Shown: piece by piece, positions 13,020 through 26,318 of the stretch
Position numbering within the stretch: the first letter of the stretch is position 1
Layout: every line of letters starts with the position of its first letter
Assembly: GCA_012295275.1 (NCBI GenBank)
Contig: CM022670.1
Span: 1,612,001-1,676,000, forward strand
DNA: 64,000 bases
Source of the DNA: Chrysomallon squamiferum
Lineage: Eukaryota > Animalia > Mollusca
Direction of reading: 5' to 3'
The notes under the pieces: generated by a model
What the model saw: only the letters and a program-made list of their open reading frames with translations
The model's database searches: none
What the model was told of the DNA's origin: nothing
Position numbers and translations under genes: made by a program

Positions 13020-15051
13020 AAACAAACCTTCACTATCTAAAATTATCATTGTGTGTAAAAATAACATAAAATAACATCAGATATATAATTAAGAGAAGTA
13101 AGGATTAAGAGAGCATGTTGCTGTTATTTGACTGCCTAATGGGTTTTTTTTTTTGTTTTTTTGGATTTAGAGCATGGATATATTATATTTAATTCCCAAA
13201 TACAGGACAGTACATACCATAAACATTGAAATATCTGTGTAATATATACCTTACACCCATAACTTTTAGTTGGGAAATAACTATATGCTAACCTTTGGTT
13301 GTTAAATATCTGTATATTTGACACAAAAATAAGTATCTATGTACAATATACCACATACCAAAATAACTGATTTTTTAATTGATATTATTTATGTGATTCT
13401 ACAGATCATTGCTAATAAAAAACTGTTTTGTATTTTTCATACATAAATAAAGAGAGTAAGAAATATTAAATGCATCACTTTATTGTCAAGACAACCTTAA
13501 TAACCATAACCAAATATAGAATATAAAAACAAAAAAATTCAAATTTAAAAAATAAAAATTAAATTTTAACCTTGGCTGACTCATTTTCAGGTTAGGTCCG
13601 TGACCTCAATATGGCAAGTCTACATTTATCTACAGATCTTGGTCAAAAGAATTTGACCTACTTAAAGAGTACACCAACTTTAAAAACAAACTGATAACAG
13701 AATCAGGCAAACTTGTCAAGTGACATACACACACACACAAAAAAAAAAAAACTTAAGATAAAAACAAACAAATCAATCTAAAATAACTTATTAGAGGTAT
13801 TTTTTATGTGTGCTGTCAGATTTGAGCCAATTTCATTCAGCCTGAAAAAATGTGTTGATTTGATACTGATACCAGATAATAGGTTCCTTAAGCAAGGAGA
13901 GTTATCTTCAAGTTTAAATAATTTAAAATTAAAATGACTAAGTAACAGGAGTTACAATACAAATATCAGTTTTGTTCAAATACTGACTGGGAAGGGGACT
14001 TAACTCAATATTTTTTTACCTTTCCAGCCTCTTTTCTCTGTCTGCTGGTAATCAGTGATTTTTGTTATTGTGATTAATATGAACAAGTACTATATTTAAT
14101 TAATAAAATACTAAAATTTCAATGATTTTTAATTAAATGCCAAACAACCATTGCTTAAAGAGGAGTCTAGTTAACTTGCATAGAAAACCATTTAACTTGA
14201 CTTTTAAACCTTTCTTTTTTTTTTTTTTTTTTTTATATACTGCACAGATATGATTATTTACATGGGTCATTTCCACCCCCTCATGTTATTGTAAGTGTGG
14301 ATTAAGAAAAATGTTACATACAGACAACTCTGTGCTTGTAATATCTGTCAAAAATCTACAGTAAGAACACAAAACATTTTCTTCAAAAAAAACCCCATTT
14401 ATTACATCTAAAATATCCAATTGAAAATTCATTTAAATCTAATCACTAATGCATTAGTGCATCTTTCTAATTTACAGTTATGATCATATTTCACCCTATT
14501 TTTTTTCTTTGTCAATTATTATTTAATAAAGTACTTTAGTGTTTTCAGTAAGGAATTAGCTTTAGATTTAGACTTCGTGACTTAAATAAAACTCGGAGGC
14601 TCTTTGTTAAAAAAAACCCAACAGAAATGCAAATTATATCTCTGGATAAATCTCATAATATTAATGTAAAATATTTTGATTTGTGGATCAACATTTATAA
14701 TTTTCAGATATGACCTTCATCTTAAAGTGCCATACTAAATTTAGCTATTTAGAAATTTTATTAGTTTAAAGGTGAGAAGTGGGTAGAGTTCAGAAGATCA
14801 TAAGCACAACAGTGCAAAAATAAACAGTCTTAGATTAATTTAAAATAAATTTCTTTCTTATGTCTAGTGTAAGATAAATGTGTGAGGTCATGAAACATGT
14901 ACTTTATTTCAGCTAGTTTAAAACTAAAATTTACCATAACAAAAAGAATTTGAAAAAATTAGATTTATAATCATTACAATGTTGATAATAACAAGTGTAA
15001 TAAATTGAGAAAAAGTGCATTCTCAAGTAGAAACCGAACACAATTAGTTTC

Positions 15052-15094
<43 letters not shown>

Positions 15095-15560
15095 GTTAAA
15101 CAAACAAAATAAGCAAATAAACTGTTGGTCAGAAACACTCAGTTAAAGAATAGAATACAAAATTAAGCTGTCAAAAAATAAATAAATAAAAATAATTTGT
15201 TGCTCAAGTCAAACATTTGATGTGATAAACCCAAACTAGTGACATTCTTGTTTGCCATTCATGTAGTATTGCAGGTGTTACCAGAGTTGTCTACCTTGGT
15301 ATTATTGGGTAAATGTTCTCTCTCCATTGATACCAACAGTTAGCAGCAAAATAAAAAATAAAAAAACAAAATAATAAAAAAAAAAAAAAAAAAAAAAAAA
15401 ATAAAAAAAAATAGAGAAGAAATGAATTTATAATTAGTTTCCAAAGAATAGAACTTGTGAAAACTGAAATCACTGTTCAGTGTTATTTCTAGTGTCTTGT
15501 ATTTTTACTCAGTCTTAATAATCGTTTTGCCATAATAATAATAAAATAAAAATAAAAATA

Positions 15561-16356
15561 CCGTATATACTTGTGTACAAGGACACCTTATGTATAAGTC
15601 GATGTGTATTTTAAGACCAAAAATTGCGTCATTTTAGGTATTACTTGTGTATAAGTCGACTGTAGATTCCAGGCACTGTCACTATTTTTAGACCAGTGTG
15701 ACAGTGCCATGAAGGCCTACATTGTACGCCTACTGTAACATAACTTGCACGAACATACCATAATAACGTAAATGCATGTATTACACGAGCTATAGCCTAA
15801 ATGTATCATAAATAGTATCTCTTTAATGTAATAGGTCTAACATGGAGACCTAACTTACTGTTATATTTAGCCATTCTATGATTTACAAAATTTTATGGCC
15901 ATAGCCCTAAAATATTGTATTTGATGCAATATTATTTCACCAAATTCTTTACAATTACACAAGTGAGTTTTGTTTATGAAATTAGGACCGATATTTAGTG
16001 CAATTTGGCAGAGAAGTCTGCATTCCTAGATCATTGCAAGACGCTGTAAGGCATAACGCCGTACTGACGGGTTTCTCACTTTAAAATGTATTTTTATGTC
16101 ACTAAACGGAAGAATATCATGTTTTACATTCATATTTGGTTTTATTTAATTTTTCAAATTTTTTTATATATATAAAAATTATATTTTTGAAAAGCTGAAA
16201 GACCGCGATTATTTTAGATGCATCCCGTAGCAAAAAACAGTCAAAATGGCGACTCTTCAGCAACAGCTACAAAAGCATTACCTATGTATAAGTCGACCCC
16301 CAAAATATTACCTTAATAGTCTCCCAAAAATTCGGCTTATACACAAGTATATACGG
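15561..16356. mobile_element. Non-autonomous Tc1/mariner-superfamily DNA transposon (MITE, Tc2/pogo-like CCGTA ends)
   Basis: TIR CCGTATATACTTGTGTA(C/T)AAG at both ends; TA TSD at 15559-15560 and 16357-16358; repeated subterminal TGTATAAGTCGA; no transposase ORF. Confidence 0.9.
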
Positions 16357-17654
16357 TAATAAAAATATATTAGTTCTTTTAACACACTGCTTCAGTGATG
16401 TAAATTTAAAGTTGTAAAATTTCATTGTGTTTAAGTTTACTTCATGGTTATTAGATAGTTTCCAGGCATATTTTAAGAGATGTCTAAGAATTTATGTTTG
16501 TGAGATAACACCTTTTGAAATACCAAGTCATATGTATTGCTTTGATTCTACTCAAACCTTCAGATGGTGATTATTTAATTGAGTTTGATCTTATTAATTA
16601 ATAAGTTCAGTCTATTTCTACAATATATTATAAATCTTTTCAAGAAGGTCTTTAGGGACATAAATTCCAAATCTAAGTACTTAATGTTCTCAGACTAACA
16701 GAAATTTAGTCACTTGACAAGTTATCTCTCAGTACTAGTGTATGTTAGTTTTACATCAGCACAGAGAATTCAGTGCGGCAAAACTGTTGCAGATGCATAA
16801 TGTTGAACTGAAAATATAATTTATTAAAAAATGTTCATGCATTGTTTATAAAACAGATGTTATAAAATGAAAACTTATAAAATAACAAAACTGAGAAATG
16901 GAAAAACATCTTCAAAAAAGTCTAAAAGTCTGTTGCTAACTTGTATATCATCAGTCTGTCTGGGACATTTTTATTTATCAAGGGAATAGCCTTTAATTAT
17001 CTTCAATCTATGTTGTTGTTGATGTTGTTATTATTATTATTATCAATGTACTTTATGATCATTAAAGGTTGGTATTAAAGTAAAGGAAATATACAAAATA
17101 TATTTAAGTTATTTCTTTCAATCATCATATGTATACTTTGTCTTTCTAATACTAAAGTCATTATGAACCCTTTAAGTTGTTTATTTTTACACAAACTGGA
17201 ACATTTTAAATGAACTATTCAATATATATCCCCAAGGAGAACACTGTTGACTGTTGGCATATTTGTTAATAACCATTTCACTCTCGCAAGATTTCTATGC
17301 GATTCTTGCTGGGCTGTAGCCAGACTGCACAGAGTCAGCAAAGTGCGGTCTTCAGAAATTCCCTTCTGTCGGTCCATTTGGAAAATCTTTTTAAAGAAAT
17401 ACACAGCTTGCTACAACCTCTCTTTCTTTGTTTTTAATATTGATCAAAGAGAAGTTTACAAATTTTTGATGAAATAAATCAGTCTGAAAATCTCAGCAAA
17501 GTCATCGATCAGATTTTGAGTACGACTTTCAATCAAAATGTTCTCCTTATAGGTCTGCGTATTAAATACTATTGTGCTTAACTTCAACAAATTTTATGGT
17601 TGCGAACGACAATTCTGTTGTTGGAAACTTGCATACGCAAAGCCCGCGCTTCGA

Positions 17655-17735
17655 TAATGACAGGTCAGTTCAGGTCACGTGACGTCAAAGTCTCTTTCTG
17701 ATTGGCTCAGGTCAGACTTGACAAACATTGGCGTA
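17655..17735. promoter_or_regulatory. Composite promoter element (DR4, CLEAR/E-box, CRE, CCAAT) of the divergent gene
   Basis: AGGTCAgttcAGGTCA 17662-17677, GTCACGTGAC 17674-17683, TGACGTCA 17680-17687, ATTGG at 17701 and 17727, in a CpG-containing patch. Confidence 0.7.
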
Positions 17736-18339
17736 CAGTAAATTTCAGCTGTTTAGTTCGATTAATTAATTTCTTAGAATTCACGAGTGTTAGCAACTTG
17801 TTAAAAAGTATAGTACAGCTTTATAACTAATAAAAGCTTCATTTTGTCAAATAATACATGTATAGTTGATTAAAACTATATGAGATAATCGGTGTTTATG
17901 CAAAATGAAACAACGAGTTTCTCAGTAGATTATAAATGAAAAATATCCACAAATTTTATTCCGATAAAAATTCGAAACGTTTTTCGTATCGGGGTTATAA
18001 AAAAATCTAAGTGTCATTTTAATATACAATTTTTGCTCTTTCCAATGAAATATAATGTTTTAGGAAAATAATAATTTTGAAAAAAATGTCACATACTTAA
18101 TATTTGTTTTGAAGGTTTAATTAGTCACTTAGTGGATTTTATTTTTGTTCTTTATATTTTTTTTTTGTTTCCTTTCTATCACACTTTTGGTAAAATTTTT
18201 AAAAAGTCACACTTCCTGTTATTACTATATGTTTAACCTTTTTTCTTAAAATTTTTTTTTGAATATTTATGGATAACATTTTCGCATGATTCTTGTTCGT
18301 TTGACATAATTATATATTCCTTTTCCGTTTTCTCCGGTT

Positions 18340-18449
18340 TTAACAATTTTATCCGACGGAAACTCGCACCTTACTTCGCTAATACGCATGCGTACAATAA
18401 TCTAAATAAACGCCATATTCCTGTCGATACAAATGCGGGTTGATTGAGA
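18340..18449 (+). promoter_or_regulatory. FCHO proximal promoter / 5' UTR
   Basis: CpG-rich patch with NRF1-like palindrome TACGCATGCGTA 18383-18394 and YY1-like CGCCATATT 18411-18419 just before the ATG. Confidence 0.6.
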
Positions 18450-18476
18450 ATGTCAACCTTTGCAGATAATTTCTGG
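18450..18476 (+). CDS. FCHO2: FCHO exon 1 (MSTFADNFW)
   Basis: ATG at 18450, donor GTGAGT at 18477; matches the FCHO N-terminus F-x-E/D-N-F-W. Confidence 0.92.
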
Positions 18477-21400
18477 GTGAGTGCCAGTGATTAATTCTAA
18501 ATTATATCGAACTAAAACATAATCAAAAATTTATTTCCCAAATCATGCTTCTTAATCATTTGTCCGCATCCGTAGACATGTCTAAAGTGGTACCAAGATC
18601 TCCGATCGCTTGATGTATGATGACTTAGCATTTAAAATGAAGAGTTTGGAATAGTTTTGTGACTAATTACATTTACCATTTAACGAATAAAATTGCTATA
18701 CGTGTAGGATGCGTATTATACAATCTATGGTAAAATTCTTTGTAAATATAGCAATACGGTATGGCTAATTCAAAGTTTGTTATTGGCGGAAGTGAAATTT
18801 GCATTTTGACACACCTCCCCTGACAGAAAATATGACCTGAATAAAAATAGATCTAGGCCAAAGTTTCTTTCTTTTGCACATCAATTTAAAAAAAAATATT
18901 ATTAAAATTAAAATTTAAGACCAGTTTTTCTTACAAAGTGTTCTTTATGTTTAATTTGTTTTCTTTAAAAAATTATTTTGTTACTTTGAAAAGTAATTCG
19001 AGTAACACTAAGTAGTGTATTATTGTTTGGGCAAACCACAAACGTTTCTCACTCAACATAAATGATTAATTTCTATTCCTGAACTATACTGTAATGTATG
19101 AAGTTAAAAATCCATTAGTATTATTATTTAATTCTTTATTAAAGAGAATTGTAAATAACACTCATTTTTGGTTTTAGTATACAATCAATTTGGATTATTA
19201 TATTTATAGTATATGGTTATATCAGAAAGGATTATAATTTATTTGGATCTTTAGCTTAATGTTTGAAATTTAAAATATGGTTTAACTAAACCTGAGTGGA
19301 AAGCCTTTACTAAATTAGACTGTATATTTTGAAGAGGGGTAAGAGATAACATTTATATCACTTTGATCTGAAGGTCACCTGTGTTCATAATCTTATTTTT
19401 GAATGTTTCATCACCTATTAAAACTTTTCCAAAATTGCACCAGTTTCAGTTTCAGTATGAAGACATTTCAAAAATTAGTCTTGTACACAGAATCTTTTGA
19501 ATAATTTTTTAATATATAAATGTATGTTTCAGTATCTACTTCCATTATAGTTTTAGACAGTTTTAATTAATTACACATTAGAATTGTTGGTGTAATTATT
19601 TTTTTTAGGGAGAGAAGAATAATGGATTTTTTGTGCTCTACCAGACTATGAAACATGGCCAAATCTCTAGCAAAGAGTTAATAGAATTCTTAAGAGAAAG
19701 GTATGTCAATTCTTCATAGTTCATAAATGTTAACTAGGTTAATGTTGCTTATTAGAACTATAATGACACTGTATAGTTCTTTCAGTAAAAAACAAAACAG
19801 TGACAACAGCCAAAAAAAAAAAAAAAAGATTGAAATAAATAAATAAATACAAATTATAACAAATGTTTAAAATAATAATAAATATTTTATTACTACACAA
19901 TCTTTACTATTGTATAAATGTTCTTTTTTACTTAGCTGTTAATGTTATATAATTTAATTTAATTAAAACACAACAGCAACAAAGAAAACGTGTTCTATAC
20001 CTCTTTAGTTATGACCAATGTAGTCATTTTAATATTTTGTTTTTCTACTAACATATTTTTTTTAAAAATGTATTCTAGTTGCCAGGTGGAAGAAACGTAC
20101 AGCAAACTGCTGAGCAAATTAGCTAAAAATGTTGCCAACAGTTCACATGTGGGGTGAGTTTATTTTATCATAATTTTTTTTTATCACTAACTGTGTAATA
20201 TCCAGAACATTGGTAACAAATATTAAAAAGCTGATTGTTTATTTAAAAATAAATTTGTCTTAATTTGTAGATTAAAATTAATTAAAATGGCTTGAAGAAA
20301 TGTGTTTTAATAAACAGTTTAGTTGCAATTTATCTTTTAAATTTTGTTATATTACAAGAGTTGTAAAACAGTAAAATTTTTATATAATTATAATAGCTCT
20401 GGGTCTTGTGTAAATTAAAGTTTCAAAAGTAATTAAAACACTTTCATAAATATATAATAACTTTCGACAGCAAAGAAGAAAATTCTTGCTTGTTAATTAA
20501 AATGTCTCTGTCTTGGACAAACAATAATCTATCTATGAAAATAAAGATTGTTATTAAAATAACCTCAGTGAATGTATATATATATAATGTATACAGCATT
20601 ATAGTTTAGTTGATGTTAACAGAAGTAAGAGAGCATGGTTAGTGTAATCTGGATGGTATAGCATAGCTAAGGAGATGACGAGCTTCAGGATGTTCTCAAT
20701 AACACCAGAGTTACTTTTTTTTTAAAAACAAACTTGTTGAATGAGAAAATTATTTTTCTGTTTAGAACATTTGCTCCATTTTGGAATGTTCTCAAATCTT
20801 TGGTGGAGAAGCTGGCTAACCTGCACATGCAGTTGGTGCACACATGGTCTGACTTGATCAAAGACATCGTGCGCTACTATGAAGAGCAGCACAAAAAATA
20901 CAAGACAGTGAGTCGAGACATAAATTAAATTTTCATTTTCTTCAGTTAGCAGATTTCATATATATTGATTAATTTTCTTAAATGTCATTTGAATGTTGTT
21001 AGTTTGTTCTGTTTATGTTTTTATAATTCTTTTATATTTTATACTTTTTCATTAACCAGTAGTGTCGCAGGTACTGTTATTTGTATTTAAATAACATATT
21101 TTAAATTTAAAAATTAAAAAAAAAAAAATTCTTAAACCTATGTCAACAAATTCAGTATAGAATTTTAATATAAGAATTATTTGATTTCAGATGAAAGAAG
21201 AAGAATCAGAAACATTGAATGCAGTACAGTCTATACAACAGACCATTGTAGCAGTACACAAAGTAAAAATCATAATATATATCTCATATTGTCTGTATAG
21301 TACACATGAATCAATTGAATTTATGTATTTTTATATTTTTAATTAATTTGAAATTATCATTCCATCTATATTGGATATTAAAATGGACATTTGTTTCCAC

Positions 21401-21854
21401 AATGCTTCAGAAAAAAAATATTTAAAATTTTTTTTTTAGTAATTATAATTTGAATTTTTTATGTTGTTTTATGTTATTTTTTGCTGTTAGAATCTATATA
21501 GAAATAATTTAAGTTGCCTGTTTTCAAAATACGAATGCTTTAGAATAGAATATCTCATATTTAATATAAACATTTTTATTTGTTTCTAAGGCAAAAGAAC
21601 TTTATCACACAAGATGTATAGAACTGGAAAGACTTAAGCGGGACAATGGTTCACAGAAAGATACTGAAAAGGTCAGATATTTTGTTTTTTATAATATTGG
21701 AATGAAATAATTGTACAAACAACAATACAAAATTAATTTGATATGAAAGGTTACTTGACATCTTCATTTCACAATACTTCCAGAAAACAATTCTGTACAT
21801 TTATAATCTTTAATTTGGAGTAAATATTTTAAATGTATTTTAATACATTTATTA

Positions 21855-21948
<94 letters not shown>

Positions 21949-24900
21949 TCAAACCAAATCAAATAAAAATTGTTGGAAAAGTACATTATTATTACAAATA
22001 AAAGTAAATGGAATCAATTTTATGTGACATCATGTACAATTTTATCATATTCTTTACTATTAAATAAGAAAATATTTATCATTGGCTTTGTTTTTCAGGC
22101 AGAAGCAAAGTATAAGAAAGCAAGTAAGTATAAAATAATTTTTATATATTTAATTATGTATTTGGAAGTATTAACATTAATTTTGTTGCACTTTGTATAT
22201 ATTTAAAATATTTTAATAACCAATTTCAGTGTTAATTCATAGATTTTGTGAAAAACTTTACTTTTTTAAAAATGAATTCCCTATTGCTCAGATTAAAAAT
22301 CAGAAGAAAAAATGGATAAATAATAAGAAAATATTGATAATTTGTTTATAATTTACTTTTTGCTTATTTCAGGAGAGGAGTATAAAAATCTGATAGACAA
22401 ATATGCCACTGTGAGAAGTGAATTTGAAACCAAAATGACCAATTCTTGTTGTGTATGTAATTAAATATTGTTTTAATTTTGATCTTTCAGTATTCTTAAA
22501 AAATTATTTTCTTATCTTTTTTAGTTACCAAATACATTGACCTTTTTTTTAAAAATTATTATTATTATTTCTTGTTTACTTACTGTTAATAAAAAATAGT
22601 TTACATGTGATGAACTAATATAAAGAAATATTTTTTAATGTTGGTTGATTTAAAGGAATTTAAAAAGTCTCTTTTTAACCAAACAACAATAATGTTACAT
22701 ATTTACTCATTTTCTTTTATGTACTCATATTTTTATAATTTTTTATAACAGCACTTTCAAGAAAAAGAAGAGGAACATATAAGTCAGATGAAAGATTTCA
22801 TTGACACCTATGCAAGGAGTTGGGAAAATCAACATGTTGTTCTTGGACAGGTAATTATTAACAGTTAGAATCTGTTTAGCTATTCAGGTGTTACATTTAC
22901 CTTTGTTTGTTTTGTTAATAAGGATTTTGTACAGATTGAAAATTCAGTAATTTTTATCTTATTTTCCAGGCTTATAGTGAATTAAAAAGAAACTGTGATG
23001 AACTGTCTATACAGAAGTTATTAGAAGCATTTATAGAAACAAAAAAAACAGGAAGCACAAAACCAGGTAGGTGTTTGGAAAAGTACTCACTGTGTCATTT
23101 ATTTTTATTTATACGGTGTTTTGAACTGCACTTATATGTTTCTAGTTTAAAATTTCATCTGTGAACTGTTTTATTAACATAATAAATATTTTATATATTT
23201 ATAAACTTAATGGCTAATGGTTTGGGAATCTAAATTTGTTTAACATTTATATTTTGCTGTAATATATTAGTGCAGTTACATCAGGAACTCAATTTTTTCT
23301 GTGTTTTATAGCTGTCCAGAAAATATTTTCTTTGACTTCAATTTAAGAAAAAAGAAAAATGTAAAATATATATATTTTTTAATAAAACATCATTTTATTT
23401 TACTGGTTTTATATGACTATGATTTGGACTGCATTTTAAATGCTACATACAGAAAACTTCACTGTTTGGTCCTTAGTGTCAGTATCTTAAAGGGCAAGAA
23501 ATGTGATCTCCTGCTTATGCATATCAGAAATCAATTGTCAACTGATAAAAAAGCAGCAAGTTTTCATTTTTAATTCATTTAAAAATAATACATCTGACAA
23601 TTATAAATAAAATAAAGGAAGAAAAAATGTTTTCATGGTTTCATCCATTTAATTTAAATATATTTTTACAGAATGTAACATCAGTGAATATTATTATTAT
23701 TGTTATTATTTCTTTTTTTCTAGGTCCTCTTGTCTTTCAAGAACCAGATTTATCAAACTTGGCACCTCAGCGACCAATGTCACCTGATACCCTTGACAAG
23801 CGAGATAGTTTAACAGATAAACAGAAACAAGGTACATATTTGATAATAGCGATATATTTTTAAATGTGGAAGTAGAAATAAGGGCAGAATTTTTGTTCCA
23901 TTTTAATTTCTGATATTTTTAATAAGGCTTTTAGCTACTATAGAAGGACTGTCTTAAAATTTAGTTATTGTTTAAAACAATATATACATATTAGAACAAT
24001 TTAGAGTAATTGTAATACTTTATTTTGAAAATCAGTTTATTTTTTAAAGATGCATGTAACTGTTAATGGGTTATGCATGCTCTATTTTCATATTTTAATG
24101 ACTTATTTAAATCTCTTTGGGTCAGTGTTGTGTGGGTGTTTTATATGTATTTTATATATATATTTTTTAGTTTTATTTGGACATGGAACATTATGTACTA
24201 ATATCTTATTTTAATTTTGTAATATTTGTCTTGTTTTCTAATCTTCTGATTTATTCCATAATAAAAAGAAAATGTAATATATTATGTATTTGCAAAGTTG
24301 ATTTAGTTGCGAGATCTTATAATTGTTGGCATAACTTTGAAGAAAATTAAACTCCTAATCAACACTTCAGAATTAATATATTAAAATGATTAAGTACAAA
24401 TGCATGTCCACCATTCTTTTGGAAGCTAGGATTATGTTGTTTTTTTTTTAGATAATTTCATAATGTAACATCCCTAGTTAAATATTAAAAAAAAAAAAAA
24501 ATAAAAAAATTAATTTATTGTACTCTTGTGAATTGTCCTCAAGATAAAAGAAAACAGAATTTCTTTTTTTCTTTTTTGTTTTTTTTTTTTTTTTTTTTAA
24601 ATTATATTTATTTATGTTAGGTTCTCTGAAATCTGTAAAGGATAATATGATTGGAGGTACAGTTTGAATAATTTCCACACTTTGAAATGCTTTAAACCCT
24701 GTGTTTATGATTTCACACAATACAAATTTATATTCTTGCATATGTCAATGCAAATAGCACATTTTATTTATTGTTCCATTACAGGCTGAATGTATTATAT
24801 TTTTTATCACTTTTATTGAATGTGCAGCTAAATCAGTATAAACTTTTTTATACTTTCAAGACATCTATATTATGAAAATGTTTTTTTCAAAAATAAAATT

Positions 24901-24968
24901 GACTACACCATATAAAGGCAACTAAAATAGAAAAACTGGAACAGAATGTATTCTAAACATACAATAAA

Positions 24969-25011
<43 letters not shown>

Positions 25012-26075
25012 TATAATAATGTGATTCTATCAAACTGACCAAAAATCATATTAATTTTTAAAAATAAAATGTCTAGAAAATAATAAAATATATTATTATT
25101 TGTAAGAATTATTGATTCCCAATTGTGAAATTTTTTTTTTTTTAATTTTTTAATTTTTTTTATTATATATATCTAAAAAAATATTGCATCAAATTTAAAA
25201 AAAAAAAAAATATGAAAAGATTTCTAATCATACACATTTACTTTACATTTTCAATCTGTAGAGGTAGATTTTGTAGCATTTATTCAAGAAGATAACATAT
25301 ATACTTATGCATGCTACTTTAATGGATGGTATAAGTAGATGTGTTTAGTTTTGTCGCTGCATGTCTTCTGTCGCTTCATTGCACTTAGTTTGTACTGTAA
25401 CCTCATCTTTCAGATGCCGCACTCTTCATAGGTAATGTATAAGCCTTACCTGCTTCTTAGTTTTTAGCTCTTGTTTCTTTTTTTCAGTTCTTCATTTCTT
25501 TCTTTTCTTTGGATATTTTAATTACACCTTTGTTCGTAACATTATTTGAAAACACTGGGGTGGGTGATGGTAATTTTTAACACATAGATGCTAACAGACT
25601 GGCTTTTTTGTTCTGTCTGTAAACATTTCTTTTTTTAGACACTTTGAAAAAAAACCCCACAAAAAACATTATTTAATTTAAAATAAAAATCTTATTTTTA
25701 TAAGTGCTGAAATTGAAACTCACCAAATACAGTAGCACTAGTAGTAGTAGTAAATTAATGTCTGATCAGTGTTGATATTTTTCTGTCATATTTTTGTCCA
25801 TAAAGTATTCTGATTATTACTAATAATTTAGGTATTGAAAACAAATTTTCTCTTTGTATTGAAAACTGCTTTAAAAATTTAGTTTGTTAATTTAAGAATA
25901 TATAATTTTATCAATGTTACCTAATTTTTTTGGTTTTGGTTTTAGTTTTAATTTAAGAAAAGTAAAGTAAAACAAAACAAAACAAAACACAAAAATAAAA
26001 AAACAAGAACAAAAAAACACCTCTCCAAAAGTTTACATGCCAAATATTTCTTAATGAAGACTCCTTAATTTAAAA

Positions 26076-26111
<36 letters not shown>

Positions 26112-26112
26112 A

Positions 26113-26155
<43 letters not shown>

Positions 26156-26283
26156 ATAGTAATAATATTTCAGATTTTCAATTTAATTAGAATACTAATA
26201 ATTTTTTTTTTTAAATTAAATTAAAATTAGTGTCTTATCTTAAAAGTTAAATAATGAAAAGAAACAACAAAAAATTTAAATTA

Positions 26284-26318
<35 letters not shown>

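Noticed and set aside
17219-17477. ORFs on both strands near the divergent promoter
   Set aside because: No recognisable homology; available donors do not join the 9031 acceptor in frame; probably 5' UTR or intron
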